Positions 1-11,017 of a stretch of 64,000 nucleotides of DNA are shown here, piece by piece (positions within the stretch are counted from its first letter, which is position 1; each line of letters opens with the position of its first letter). The DNA lies in contig MU004183.1 in assembly GCA_010093605.1 (NCBI GenBank), positions 62,001 through 126,000 of the forward strand, given 5' to 3'. Below the pieces are notes generated by a model, which saw only the letters and a list, made by a program, of their open reading frames with translations, did not search any database and was not told the DNA's origin. Position numbers and translations under genes: made by a program. The DNA is from Lophium mytilinum (taxonomy: Eukaryota).

Positions 1-608
1 TTCTTCGGGCTGTTTCGGTATGTGCGTACATGACGGGTAGAGAAGGGAGTGCTGGTTAAAAGAACTCGCCCGGCATGACGGGTGCTCGTCTGAATCGGTG
101 GACTTGCAATATGGGATTCGGCGGATGGGTTTGGCTGGGGAGCTATATGGTGCCCGGATGCAGACCAAAACAGATGGGAGTGGGCAAAAATGGTTATGCA
201 GTGCTAGGATATCTTGTCGGGGAGCTCGTGCTATGATCTATGGCTAGACTTTTGTTTTCAAGCGATATCCGGAATGTGCATAATAGAGGGAGTGCGTCCT
301 ATGGTATATTTATGGTCTTAGGTATCCATGGTATGGTTTGGGTCTCTGGGGGACCCTATAGTTGCATTATGTTTGTTATGGCGGGAATGGCTGGCGATGC
401 ATAAATACGATTGCAATGACTTATCAAAATCCGATTTCCATTCATTATGAGTGATTGAGGGCTCTTAGAATTGGTATTTAAATTCTTAAGGGAGCGGTTA
501 AATGCTCTTAATATGCTAACAATCTGCCTTTCTAGTATACATGAGAAGAGAGCTGGGTATATTCGTACATCGCTGCCATCCACCTCCCATCTCCCGCATC
601 GATATCGC

Positions 609-1769
609 CTACGCCTTAACCACCACACTAACCGCCTGACACATCGTCGCATTGTAGACCACGACCTCCCTGATCTTCAGCCCCGCCTCTGCAAACAACG
701 CATCCCACTGCCCCCTCGTCCTCTCCAGCGCTCCCAAATGCGTCATCATGGCCAAATCCAATACAGCCGCTTGCCACGGCACCCCCGTGTCCGTCAACAC
801 ACAATCATCCACCAAGATCACACTCTCCGGGCCCATCGTATCCCTGATATTCCCTAGGATCGTAACGCAGATATCATCCGGGTAATCGTGTAGAATGTTC
901 CTGAGGTAGTAAATCCGCGCCCCTTTGACCGCTTGCGGGGTGTGGAAATCCTGCGCCACGAGCTCAATCCCCTCAAGCCCTTTCCCGAACGCCTTGACGT
1001 GCGCGATCGTCTCTGGGAGGTCCTGGAGCACGAGCTTCCCTTTCTCCGCAATCGCGGGGTACTTCTCCTTCAGCGCGACGATTTGCTGCCCCAACCCACC
1101 CCCAACATCCACGAATACCGCCTTTTCAGGCTCGCTCCACTTCCCGAGCTCTTTGTCTACCGGGAACACATCCAGCCAGCTCACGCCGCGGTGGAGTCGC
1201 ATAGCCTGATGCAGCCACTCGAACTCTTCGGGGTGGGAGCGGAACCAGTCGAAGCAGGCGAGGTCGGTATTGAACGCTTTTTGGAAGGGCGTGTGCGTGT
1301 TCGACGTTATATTCTGGTAGTTAGTCTCTTTGAGGAAGTCCGGGGTGGCCTGGATGGCAGGACCCAAAGTGTTGAAGAGATGATTGATGCCGCCATTAAG
1401 CACAGGCTGGTCCAAAGCGCGGGTGACAGAGTTGGGCGCAAAGGTGTCGGTACCGGTTTCAGCAATCGTACCCGTAGAAGCGAGGTAGCGGAGGACACGA
1501 CGCAGGAGCTCGGAGGATGCGGAGGTCTTTTCGGCGAGGGCAGCGACGGTCACGGGCGTCTTGCTCTGGGTCAGTGCAGGGAAAAGTCCGAGGTCGACGC
1601 CGACTTTGATCATTGCCACCTGCAAGTGGAGCCCCGTGAAGCGCATGGCGGTGTCGTAGGGGGTTTCAAGGGAGTATTGGAGGTCGCGGAGGGAGCGTTG
1701 GATGGCCTGGCGGCCGAGCTCGTTGGTGTTCGCCGCTAGGGCTTCGACTTGGGATATAATAGACTCCAT
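609..1769 (-). CDS. SAM-dependent O-methyltransferase (Methyltransf_2 / COMT-type, fungal secondary-metabolism OMT), 386 aa, intronless
   Basis: Uninterrupted ATG-to-TAG ORF. Motifs: VDVGGGLGQ (SAM motif I), LQDLP, QDFHTPQ, YYLRNILHDYPDD (catalytic HD), ERTRGQW, and an N-terminal winged-helix segment (LLRRVLRYLAS). Confidence 0.95.
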   Translation of the reverse strand: MESIISQVEALAANTNELGRQAIQRSLRDLQYSLETPYDTAMRFTGLHLQVAMIKVGVDLGLFPALTQSKTPVTVAALAEKTSASSELLRRVLRYLASTGTIAETGTDTFAPNSVTRALDQPVLNGGINHLFNTLGPAIQATPDFLKETNYQNITSNTHTPFQKAFNTDLACFDWFRSHPEEFEWLHQAMRLHRGVSWLDVFPVDKELGKWSEPEKAVFVDVGGGLGQQIVALKEKYPAIAEKGKLVLQDLPETIAHVKAFGKGLEGIELVAQDFHTPQAVKGARIYYLRNILHDYPDDICVTILGNIRDTMGPESVILVDDCVLTDTGVPWQAAVLDLAMMTHLGALERTRGQWDALFAEAGLKIREVVVYNATMCQAVSVVVKA

Positions 1770-3935
1770 AGTAAAAACAGCAGCGATTTCGACAGAAAAG
1801 GGGCAAAATGTGGTAGAAGTACAAGTAATGTATGAATAGCTAATGATATGGAGCCGTGAATTGTGAAATGTTGAATAGCGAACTGGAGCAGATGGCCGTC
1901 TTTAAATACCCCTTGACTCGCTCATAGTATCACTATTACTTACAACTCGTTTAAATACCACCACCAACCGTTGAACCTCTCCTAGCAAGCGCTGCGTACC
2001 TAGTCTCTGGGGGTCGGAATATCGGAGATGCGAAGCCGACCCCACCAAGCCTCGTCAGCTCCGCTTGCACCCTCGTTCATCCTGGTATCGAGATCTAGGC
2101 AACCATAACCTGACCATCCGAATGTTGGATCAGGCATAGGTGTCGTGCAGGAGTCAGAGGGATTCGCGGACAATCCGCAGAGAAGGCTGCCGCTTGGGCC
2201 CCGACTTCGTGGTTGCCGCATACGATCTAGCGCCAAAGCCCCACAAACTCTATTCTGACCGTGCCCTTCCCTCTCTTCTTTCCACATCCTCCATCTCACT
2301 AACACTGGGAGGGATACTCGCAGCCATCGCTTGTCCTTAATCTTTTCTCATAAGAACATCGTACTCATCAAGACGACGATCTCGCTCTACCAGCGTACGA
2401 CACGCATCATTATCCAGCACATTGGCATTACCCACCATGCGCCTTCCAACCACCATGATCAGAGACCCACATACACGCTGCTTTCGGGCACGGAACACAC
2501 CACCTGAACAGGCCCTAAGTTGGCAAAGTAGCAAGGTAGGCCATACTAACGAAATCGGAGCCGCGGAGTTTTACTGAAGAGATCGACCTGGCATCTCAGC
2601 GTTCTGTCTCAATCTGCTGCGTTTTGTTCCACTCTCTCCTCCCGACGTAAGGCCTCATAGCTATCACTCAGTGGTAAGGAGGCCGCTCGTGGGACCAAGA
2701 GTCGCTAAGTGAAACCGAAACAAAGGTGTTTGTCCATTGGTCAACCCCGGGGTAAGCCATCGTAATAGATGTGGTTTCCGCACAATCTTTTTCGGATCTC
2801 AAGTAGCAATAGACCCTGACAGTTCCTTGACTTTGTTTCCGTGTCCAAACCCGTATTTGGTGGGTTGCTAACTAGGAAACAAGCATTGTGTAAGCATTGC
2901 GGTTGCCTGCAACATCCCGCGAGCAGTGCCTGTCCACGTGGGAGGCAGTGTCAAGCGCGATAAACAGGAAATCCCGAGGCTTACAATGGGGAAGCTCCAT
3001 TGTGTTTGCTTGTAGCTTTAAAGACTTCCATCAGGGTGTCGTTTCATCTTCATCTTTTGTCGCTCAAGGCTCTTTCAGGTTTGAACCATTCTCTTATATC
3101 GTACTCCATCTCATTTAGTCTAACATAAGTCTGAATCGTCCAATGTTCTTTCTTTTCTTTCCTTCTCACTTGTTAAGATATCTCAAGTTTGTCGTGTAAT
3201 TCTATGCTCTACTAACTTTTTAGTAGACTCACGTCCCAGACGTGACGGGAGGATACGGCTTGACGATGTGGAGCCAATCTACTACAAGCAGCTCTTATCG
3301 TGGATTCATCATTCCATTTGCCCTTAATCGATTCTCTGGCGTCGTGTTTGATGTCTAGATTGCTCTTGCCGCGGAGTAAAATGGCGTAGCTTGACGCTGT
3401 CTACTGTTTGGTAGACCGATCAGCCGGCCTTGTATCAGTTTTACCTCTCACGAGGTACGTGATAAAAGAAGCATTGTTCCGAGTTCCCTTTCAACGAGTG
3501 TCCCTCTTATATCGCCGACCGTCGAAAGTTATCTAGTCGCTAGATTGTCGCCAAGTTGCGTAAGCTCCTGTCCTGCGTCATCATTCTATGCACCGCATGG
3601 TGGTTGGGTAAGAAATGGATCCAAAGGTACGGACCAAAGTGCCGCAAGTTGCGCTGGGACGTAGGGTCCTTTTGTGATCGCGTCGCTAGGTATGTTGAAG
3701 TCAGTACCCTCCTCGTTTATGTGGGCCTGCACCTACTGACCGGCAAAAGGTTCCATGTGTTTACATCCCGACATCCCCGGTAGATGATTCCTCCAACTTG
3801 GATAACAACAGGATCAATTGGAGCCTCATCCAGTCTTTGGTGGAGGGCTCCCTGGGCCCGAGCCCTAATGCCGCCTCAGAATACCGCCGCCAAGGCCCGA
3901 GATTCACATTATGATCATGTTTACGAACGTCGAGA

Positions 3936-3967
3936 ACGCGTCTGGAAGACTCGACGCGTCGACGCGT
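3936..3967. promoter_or_regulatory. Cluster of three MCB-like ACGCGT boxes upstream of gene A
   Basis: ACGCGT at 3936, 3954 and 3962. 3954-3967 (ACGCGTCGACGCGT) is a perfect 14-bp palindrome. Function is inferred only. Confidence 0.35.
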
Positions 3968-4442
3968 GTCGCCTGCAGCCCATCGCCCACTGTGCGCGCG
4001 CCCGTGTGATTCGAGGCATCGCCTCGGTAGTAGTGCGCTCGACCAGGGCCACAGTGCGTGCCGCCAGGCCGTGGAATTCCATGGAAGCCGCCTTTCCCCT
4101 GTCAAGTCCGTCTCGATTTCGCTTATCTCTATGAGTCGTTTGTTGCCTCGGGGATGTGTCAGCTGAGCCGGGGTCGTGTGCTCGAATCTGGGGAACATCC
4201 AGGATACCAAACTGGACTAGTGCCCCTACCAAGCCACTCTATTGGTCGAGTACCCCTCACATGTGCCGCCTGTTTCCCGACGCGACTTTCGATAATCCCT
4301 GTCGGGTGCTCGCTAGGCCCTCTGGAGTCCTCGGCAAGGCCAGCACGGTGCTCCCAGACAGCGACGAAGGCGGCAGGCAAGTGGGCGACGCACAGGCCAC
4401 CCAAAGCTGTGATCCGGGGGCACGAATTATTCTTCAGGCCTG

Positions 4443-4450
4443 TATATAAA
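4443..4450 (+). promoter_or_regulatory. TATA box of gene A
   Basis: TATATAAA ~245 nt upstream of ATG 4690, followed by a C/A-rich leader. Confidence 0.6.
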
Positions 4451-4541
4451 GTCCTTCCCATCAACGCGCTTCTACGCACTGTCTCCGTTGCAATTCTCTA
4501 GCTCCCTGCAACAACACCTACAGCTATCCCCGCACCTGCAG

Positions 4542-4657
4542 CTTCGCAGCTTTTATTCTCACGCCAATCGCTTCGCAGCTACTACTATCACATCTCCAAC
4601 TTCGCAGCAACTCTTCTCAGATAAACAGATTTGCAGCAATTATTTCTACATCACCAT
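4542..4657 (+). repeat. Degenerate 29-bp minisatellite (4 units) in the 5' leader of gene A
   Basis: CTTCGCAGC at 4542, 4571 and 4600 and ATTTGCAGC at 4629, at exact 29-nt spacing with partly similar spacers. Confidence 0.75.
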
Positions 4658-4689
4658 ATCGAATAATCCCTCCCACATTACGGAAAACG

Positions 4690-6632
4690 ATGTTTTCTTC
4701 GAACACCTTCAACATCTATACCAGGCCTAGCGCTCCCAACACTACCACGCAGGATACCCCTCTGATATCGCCTACCACTCCCATCAACCGGCCGCGAACC
4801 TCCAGAAAGCGTAAGGCGGAACCTTCTAGTAGTACCAACGCCAACGATCGCACTCCACTCAAAAATCTCGATGGGAACCGACCTTCGAAAAAGCTCAAGC
4901 CCTCCAACTCCAGCGAGAACGAAGCGGACACCACTGCGGAAGAGGTCATGGAAGATGTTCGCCCATCAGCGAAGCATCCTAAAGGTACCTTGGTGCAGCG
5001 TCTTAACGCACGAACTCGGAGGAAGACCGTCCCAAATGGGACTCCAAATACCATTGCTACTTCCAGTGACAGTAAGTCTAGCCCCCATATCCCAGCACAA
5101 GGCATCTCAACTAAACTTCAATAGACGCAACCAACCAAGTCTCAGATGCAACCGATCCATCAGCGATAATCTTTACCTTCAAGCGCGGGAAAAAGTTCCT
5201 GCTGCCGGGGTCGAACGGAGGACCGAAGGGGTACAGTAGCTGGGACAAGAAAACCAATGCGAAGGGGCTTCAGGTCGCTATCGAGAAGCGCGGATTCTTG
5301 GACAGGTTTTTGGGAGGCCGAAACCCGAATCAGATATCGAAGAGAGAAATGATTAATGCTCTCTTGGCCTGGGACATGGACACACTCACTTCCGAGCTGA
5401 AGGTGGAGCTTGAGTCCCGTGGGTATACCTTCTAGGGCTGCGTGAGCCCCGACGAAGTGATCGAGCTGTACCGGAAGGTCGAACATCACATGGAAAAGTG
5501 GGGGGTCAATTACTCTCCTGCACTCTCCCGATTTGACTTCCAGGCCGCGGACGAAAAGTATCGTGCCATGGACTACTTCAAGCTGCTTGATCACGTGGAA
5601 AAGATGTGGGACTACGCGCTGCAGCATTTTCCGGGAAGGGAAATGTTGATTAGGCGCGCAATCACCGACAAATGGGCCGAGTTAATCCCCGACGCCAACC
5701 CTGCCAAAGCTTGGTTCTTGTCAGATCACCCAGCCAGAAAGGCGCCTGTCTTTCCACCTCCTCCCGCAGCGGCATGGCGAGAGCAGTGCACCTTCCGCGC
5801 TTGCTGCCAGGCGTGTGCTCCATTGGAGTCTCTCATGGGAGACGACTTCGAGTTTGGGGACCTTGAGAGTAGCCCTGGGTTCTTTCTTTGCTTTTGGAAA
5901 AGACGGGAAGTTGTGGACTCGGACACACAGATGTCCGACGAGGAAGCCTTGGGTGAGAGCACGGACGATGACAGCGAAGAAGAATCCGAGGACGATGGAG
6001 CAGCTGCCACGACCAACATCCGCCCAAAAGAGCAATCCACCAGGCACCCCCACAACCTCCCCAAAGATGATTACGCAGTGGATTTCGACGTCGAGGCCAC
6101 TGCGGCAAAGTACCGCAAGATGCAGCTCCAGGAGCTCCTTGACCACGTCTCCAAGAAGTGGGCAAGCGCTACCAGCTTGTGGCACGATCGAGACTGGTTG
6201 GTCAGCCGAGCGGTCACGGATGAATTTGCGGCATTGATACCCACCTACGACCCAATCAGGGATTTCTTTTTCCCTGATTCTTCCTATGGCGAGACCGAAG
6301 AAGACCCAATGATTCCGCTAGCACCATGGCGCCATATTTTAGAGATCCAGGGCGCCGACGGCATATGTGAAAGGTGTGCAGCGCTGCATACCTTCGCAGA
6401 CGCAAACGAGCTGGGAGCAATTCTCTCAGTCCCGGTCCATTGCAAGGAGTTCATTGTTCTCGCAACGAAGGAACTGCTCGAGACAAACCGGCGAAACAGG
6501 GAGGCCCAACGTCTCGAGGGGGAGTTCAGTAGAAGGGCTATTCTGTCTGAGACGTCCAAAGATGAGTCTTCTGAGGATGAGGACTACTCTGACGACTTGT
6601 TTGAGGACGAGGAGGAAGAAGAGGAGCTGTAA
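4690..6632 (+). CDS. Orphan family-1 gene A (NLS-rich N-terminus, SAP/HeH-like core, two CxxC-containing repeats, acidic tail), interrupted by one in-frame TAG
   Basis: Exon 4690-5071, intron 5072-5124 (GTAAGT...CTAAAC...TAG), exon 5125-6632. The spliced frame gives LPGSNGGPKGYSSW...IEKRGFLD...ALLAWDMDTLTSELKVELESRGYTF*GCVSPDEV. TAG at 5433-5435 is in frame with ORF 5442-6632. May be a recent pseudogene. Confidence 0.8.
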
Positions 6633-6871
6633 CATAGCTACAGCTAGTTTGCCTGATCATTTGTATATGGGATGGTTGTTTCTGCGTAGCATTTGCAAGC
6701 GTTTATGTTTTTCTGTTCTTTTGCTTGGCATAGCAGCGTGGGCCTTCTTCTCCTACGCTAACTTAGTAGAATACTGCAACTTATTAATTTCTGTACTCTT
6801 CCTCATTCTATAGCCTATATCCCATCAAAGCTCTACGCTTCATCTTCGGCGTCCGTAGCTTCCTGTGTACA

Positions 6872-8322
6872 ATGCCTTCGCCAACCGGATCCTCCAGTGA
6901 TCTCGCCAGCTCCGCCCGCCTCAGTTTTAAAAAAGTCATCACCTCGACCCCGATTAAATTACCACATAAGACTGTGGCTCCGCGTATGAGTGCGCCTCTC
7001 TCCAATATCTTCAAGAAACGTGGGGCAGATGATAGTTGGTAACATTACGAGTACCAGCGACCTTTCAAGAAGCCAAGAGCTCTTTATGTTAGAGCTATGC
7101 CAATCTCCCTGAGACGTCAACAAGATATTGCGAGAGGCACCAAGATTGCTGAAGCTAACGCAATGGATACTTCCGGAGAATCCGGCGCAGATGAAAATAG
7201 TGTGGATAGCCACATGAATGGTCAGTGTATGCTCAAAGTTTTACCACTGGGACATCTAGCTAATCTCTTCATAGAACCATTCACCACGGCTAAAATGGCA
7301 GTTCAGCGAGAACGACCCACCCATCCTCCCGTGCTTTCCGCAATTTCAAACCCACTCCACGTCTCATTCAAGCATGGTTAATCGTTCTGTCTGCCGGGAA
7401 AACTGGTGACCTGGAGAGAGCCACAACGTGGAAGAAGGATCACAAGAAGCAAGTCCTCAAGCTGGAGATCCAAAAGCGTGGCTTCTGGGACGAGGTGTGA
7501 GGGAGAAGTCTATTCCCACAGTGAACGAGTTGGCGGATTCACTGGCGGCTTGGGAGCTCGACGTGCTTCGTGGGGAAATGATAGCTGAGCTCACATCTCG
7601 TGGCTTCACCAAAACCCTACGCGGTGATATCCTACAGATGGACCCCACTACCTCTCTCATTTCAACTTCGAGAAATGCGCCGAACATTACCGAAAGATGG
7701 GGGAAATCTAAATTTCGATACCACGTCGAAGTGAAATGGGGCAACTCGGCCAAGTTATTCGAGAGCAAGTCCTTGCTCCTCAGCCGCGCGGTCACGGACG
7801 AGTTCGCAGGTCTCAATCCCTCAGAAAACCCAGGTCGATGTTTCTTCGTTTATGGCTTCCTCCCAGAATGAGATATCCCACAAATCGCATCATTCATACT
7901 GCGGCGCCGAAGTTGATTGCACAACGTGTCGCGCTGCCGATGTTCTCTTATCCAGCAACGACTTCGAGAACATGTTCGTTTTCCCAGCAAAATGCGATCA
8001 TCTCTTGATGGTCCGCACAAGAGAGCTTGTATATGAGGGTATCATACCATACCTCGAGGCGACCTTGGACGTCGTTGAAGTCGATTATCAACACAACGAC
8101 GTGGGCAAGGGGGGTGACGAGGAGCAATCTGAAAAGGAGACCACGGGTGGAGTCGATTCGAACTCGGAGGACGAGGAGATGTCAGACGAAGAGGACGACG
8201 AAGAGCCTCGAGAGACGTGGTCGCAGCACATTGGGAGGCTTCTCGACGTTAAGGGTGCCAAGAGAGAGGACCGATTGTCCTACTTCACTGACGCCAAGAA
8301 ATGGTACTCGTTGTTCCAGTAG
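6872..8322 (+). pseudogene. Decayed paralog B of gene A
   Basis: ATG 6872, in-frame TAA at 7040 and 7379, intron 7221-7274 in the same phase and position as in A, and at least three frameshifts. Remnants QRPFKKPR..PISL, EIQKRGFWDE, LAAWELDVLRGEMIAELTSRG, LSRAVTDEFAGLNP and CTTCRAA align with A. Confidence 0.85.
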
Positions 8323-9521
8323 CGGTGGAGGCGGAATCAGTTTCTTTGTTTAACCTGTTGAAAGTCTTGCTGGTTTTTCCAATACTTTTTAAAGACCGGG
8401 ATGGAGTAATCATAGTCAAGTCATCATAGTCATGTCCCCAAGTTAGGACCCTGTCATCCGTTGTTATGCTTTCACATGACACCTTAGGCGTTCTTTGTAT
8501 TTAATGCTGCCTTGGCGAATTGGGGGGTTATTTTCGTATCTGTATCTCTTCCTGCTCGGTAGTCTAAAATCCACCAAAAATGGTCTACACCTCATTGTCT
8601 ACGGCTGTGGCTTTGTTGCATCATCAGAACAGCATGAAGGTCCCAATTGATCGCCTTCGCTTCAGTCTCAAGCAAAAAGCCTCTAGTCGTGAGATCTGAA
8701 ATCGCTGTGGATATTGATACAACGATACTAGTAGCAAGACTTCCCGGGATGTTAGCAAGGCCCTAGCGCTTCACCATACATACTTGTTATCGATAGGCGC
8801 TACAAAACGTTCCATATCCTTGCTCCGCCTGCCGGGGGGCGATGGCAGACCGGCGGGCGGGCGGGCGATGCACACGCCACCTACTTTCCATGCGCTTGAC
8901 AACCCGACGCTGTCATTCGGGATCGACTTCCCTCTGCCTACGGTTGGATCGTCCAGACGTCCACACCTCTCTCAATAATACCTGGCTGAACTCGAACCGA
9001 ACCAATCTCCTTCACCTTATTTTGACGCGCTTGAAGACTGATTACTTTAGCAGCCCAGCCTCACAGGCCCATACAATACGTGCATCGCTAAACTTCGCAA
9101 AGAGCGAGAGTTACTTTCTGAAACTTGAGGGGAGCTCTTGGCTTGCTGCATCTCCGTACTTTCCTAACCTAAAATACCCCTGATACCAAGATGGAAGGGC
9201 TCAGCCAAAGAATTCTATTAACTCAACATCGAGGAAATCACAGATGAGTATGGGAATAACACAATTGCCGACGTCCTTTGCCACAAGACCACAAATTTGT
9301 CGAACATCCAGTAAGACCTAGCTATGTTCGCCACTACGAGTCCTCAATTTCTTCTATTCGTTCACAATGTTGAGGCATAGAGTCTAATCGTACCATATTT
9401 ACCAAGAAAGAGGCCAGCCTCGTCAGCCTTGCTACATTGTACGTGCATGTTAGCTAAGACTGGACGGTGAAAGCACTTGACATGGTGAATTAGGGCCCAA
9501 ATCACTTCTGCTCAACGTGTG

Positions 9522-9527
9522 TATAAA
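9522..9527 (+). promoter_or_regulatory. TATA box of gene C
   Basis: TATAAA followed by a pyrimidine-rich leader, ~180 nt before ATG 9704. Confidence 0.5.
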
Positions 9528-9703
9528 GCCTCCTTCTCTCATCCCCTTAGCTTCTCTCTCTCCACCAACCTCGAAGCCTTCCTTTCAAGACCACTACCCA
9601 CACGCACATCCAGATCTTATTCTCAAGCATCACCTTCAAACCCCTTCTTTCACCACCTTCTCTCAGGATATCTAACAACAACAACACCCTGTCCCGAGAG
9701 CCA

Positions 9704-11017
9704 ATGGCTTCTTTTCAGTCTCCCTCCTCTTCCATCCCTTCGCCTAAAGTCAAGGCCAACATCGCCATGGCCACTGGCGCCTCTGAAGAGGGTTCTGCGG
9801 ATGCTGTTGGCGAAGAGGGCATCTCTCGATCGGCCACTGTGGTTCCTAAGATCGACTCTACGCCTCAAGAGACCGATCTGCCCCAGCTTAGCACGTACTC
9901 GGCGAAGCGTGACGAAAATAGCGACCAGGACGAAGATCGTCCTCCGACCAAAAAGGCGAAGACAACTAGCAGCAACCCATTCTCTGAGACGGCGAAGTTA
10001 GGAGACGAGGATCTGCCCATGGAGGAGGCCTCTCTGCCGAAGAAGGAGGGCACGTTCGTCCAACAGCTGAACGACATCAAGCGTAAAGCTTCTCAGCGCA
10101 ACTCTGGCAAGAAGAAGGCATCCGACACGGAAGTTATCCCTCGCCCGCCGACCCTAGATGAGGCTTCGGATCAATCCACAGTCGAAGACTTCATGGAAGA
10201 CTTTGACGAGGACTATGCTCCGGAAAAGAAGTCCGCAGTCCGAGCTGCCCCAGCTCCCCGCCAGGCATCAGCTAGGCGCAAGGCGGTTGCAAAGGGTGCA
10301 AATAAAAAGAAGGCTCGTGCTCCCGTCCCCATCATGAGGACACCTCTCGCCATGCCGAAGGAAGAAGGGGGCCCGAAGAAGTTCGTGACGTGGAAAGGCC
10401 TGACCAATGCTAGGCTTGAGGAGGCTATCAAGGCCCGTGACTTCTGGGATGAGTTTATGGACAGCGACGAAGGAGAGACCAAGAAGGCCATGGCGGAGGC
10501 CTTGGTGGAGTGGGACCTGGCAATCTTGAAGGGGGAGATTCGAATGGAGATCGAGGTCAATGGACCCGATTACAAACTACCAGGGCGAGAGGAGACTCTC
10601 GATGAGATGCTAGCCGATCTCCCTGCGAATAAGGTGCCAAAACAGACACTCGATGTCAGCAACCTGCTCGAGGAGTCGGAAGAAGAGAAGGGTGAGCATG
10701 CAGTCGAGGGTGGTGATTTGGAGCAAACATTGCCAACCGAGTCCGGAAATGCCGCCTCAGGTCAGCTTGCAGTCGAGGGTGGTGACTTGGAGCAAATTTT
10801 GCAAACCGAGTCCAGAGAAGCCGCCTCGGGTGAGCTTGCAGGCGAGAGCGGCGAATTAGAGCAGAATGCCCACGCTGAAATCGAAGAATCTGCCTCGGGC
10901 GAGCAAAAGGATGTCCCGGAAGGGGATGACCAATTGGAAGTCTTGACAGAGGATGAACAGATGGAGGTCTCGAATGGGGATGAGCGACTGGAGGTCTTGT
11001 ATGAATGGGAGAAGTAG
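9704..11017 (+). CDS. Orphan family-1 gene C, 437 aa, intronless
   Basis: Open ORF with the family motifs RPPTKKAK, GTFVQQLNDIKRK, SDTEVIPRP and core RTPLAMPKEEGGPK..W..AIKARDFWDE..AEALVEWDLAILKGEI; acidic repeat tail. Confidence 0.85.
   Translation: MASFQSPSSSIPSPKVKANIAMATGASEEGSADAVGEEGISRSATVVPKIDSTPQETDLPQLSTYSAKRDENSDQDEDRPPTKKAKTTSSNPFSETAKLGDEDLPMEEASLPKKEGTFVQQLNDIKRKASQRNSGKKKASDTEVIPRPPTLDEASDQSTVEDFMEDFDEDYAPEKKSAVRAAPAPRQASARRKAVAKGANKKKARAPVPIMRTPLAMPKEEGGPKKFVTWKGLTNARLEEAIKARDFWDEFMDSDEGETKKAMAEALVEWDLAILKGEIRMEIEVNGPDYKLPGREETLDEMLADLPANKVPKQTLDVSNLLEESEEEKGEHAVEGGDLEQTLPTESGNAASGQLAVEGGDLEQILQTESREAASGELAGESGELEQNAHAEIEESASGEQKDVPEGDDQLEVLTEDEQMEVSNGDERLEVLYEWEK
10700..10906 (+). 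repeat. 69-bp (23-aa) coding tandem repeat x3 in gene C
   Basis: Units begin at 10700, 10769 and 10838: AVEGGDLEQTLPTESGNAASGQL / AVEGGDLEQILQTESREAASGEL / AGESGELEQNAHAEIEESASGEQ. Confidence 0.9.

Noticed and set aside
933..1739. 268-aa + strand ORF
   Set aside because: Antisense shadow of the GC3-biased O-methyltransferase; no motifs.
3556..4134. Intron-like signal 3690-3749 (GTATGT...ACTGAC...AAG) and adjacent short ORFs
   Set aside because: No splice phase gives a continuous ATG-initiated ORF; at most a non-coding transcript or relic.
4542..4657. CRISPR-like repeat-spacer appearance
   Set aside because: The core is only 9 bp, the spacers resemble each other, the context is eukaryotic and there are no cas genes; treated as a minisatellite.
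8868..9314. Protein-like frame with seven stops (possible RIP-destroyed gene)
   Set aside because: Stop density is about that expected for random sequence and there is no similarity to neighbouring genes; would need tblastx support.
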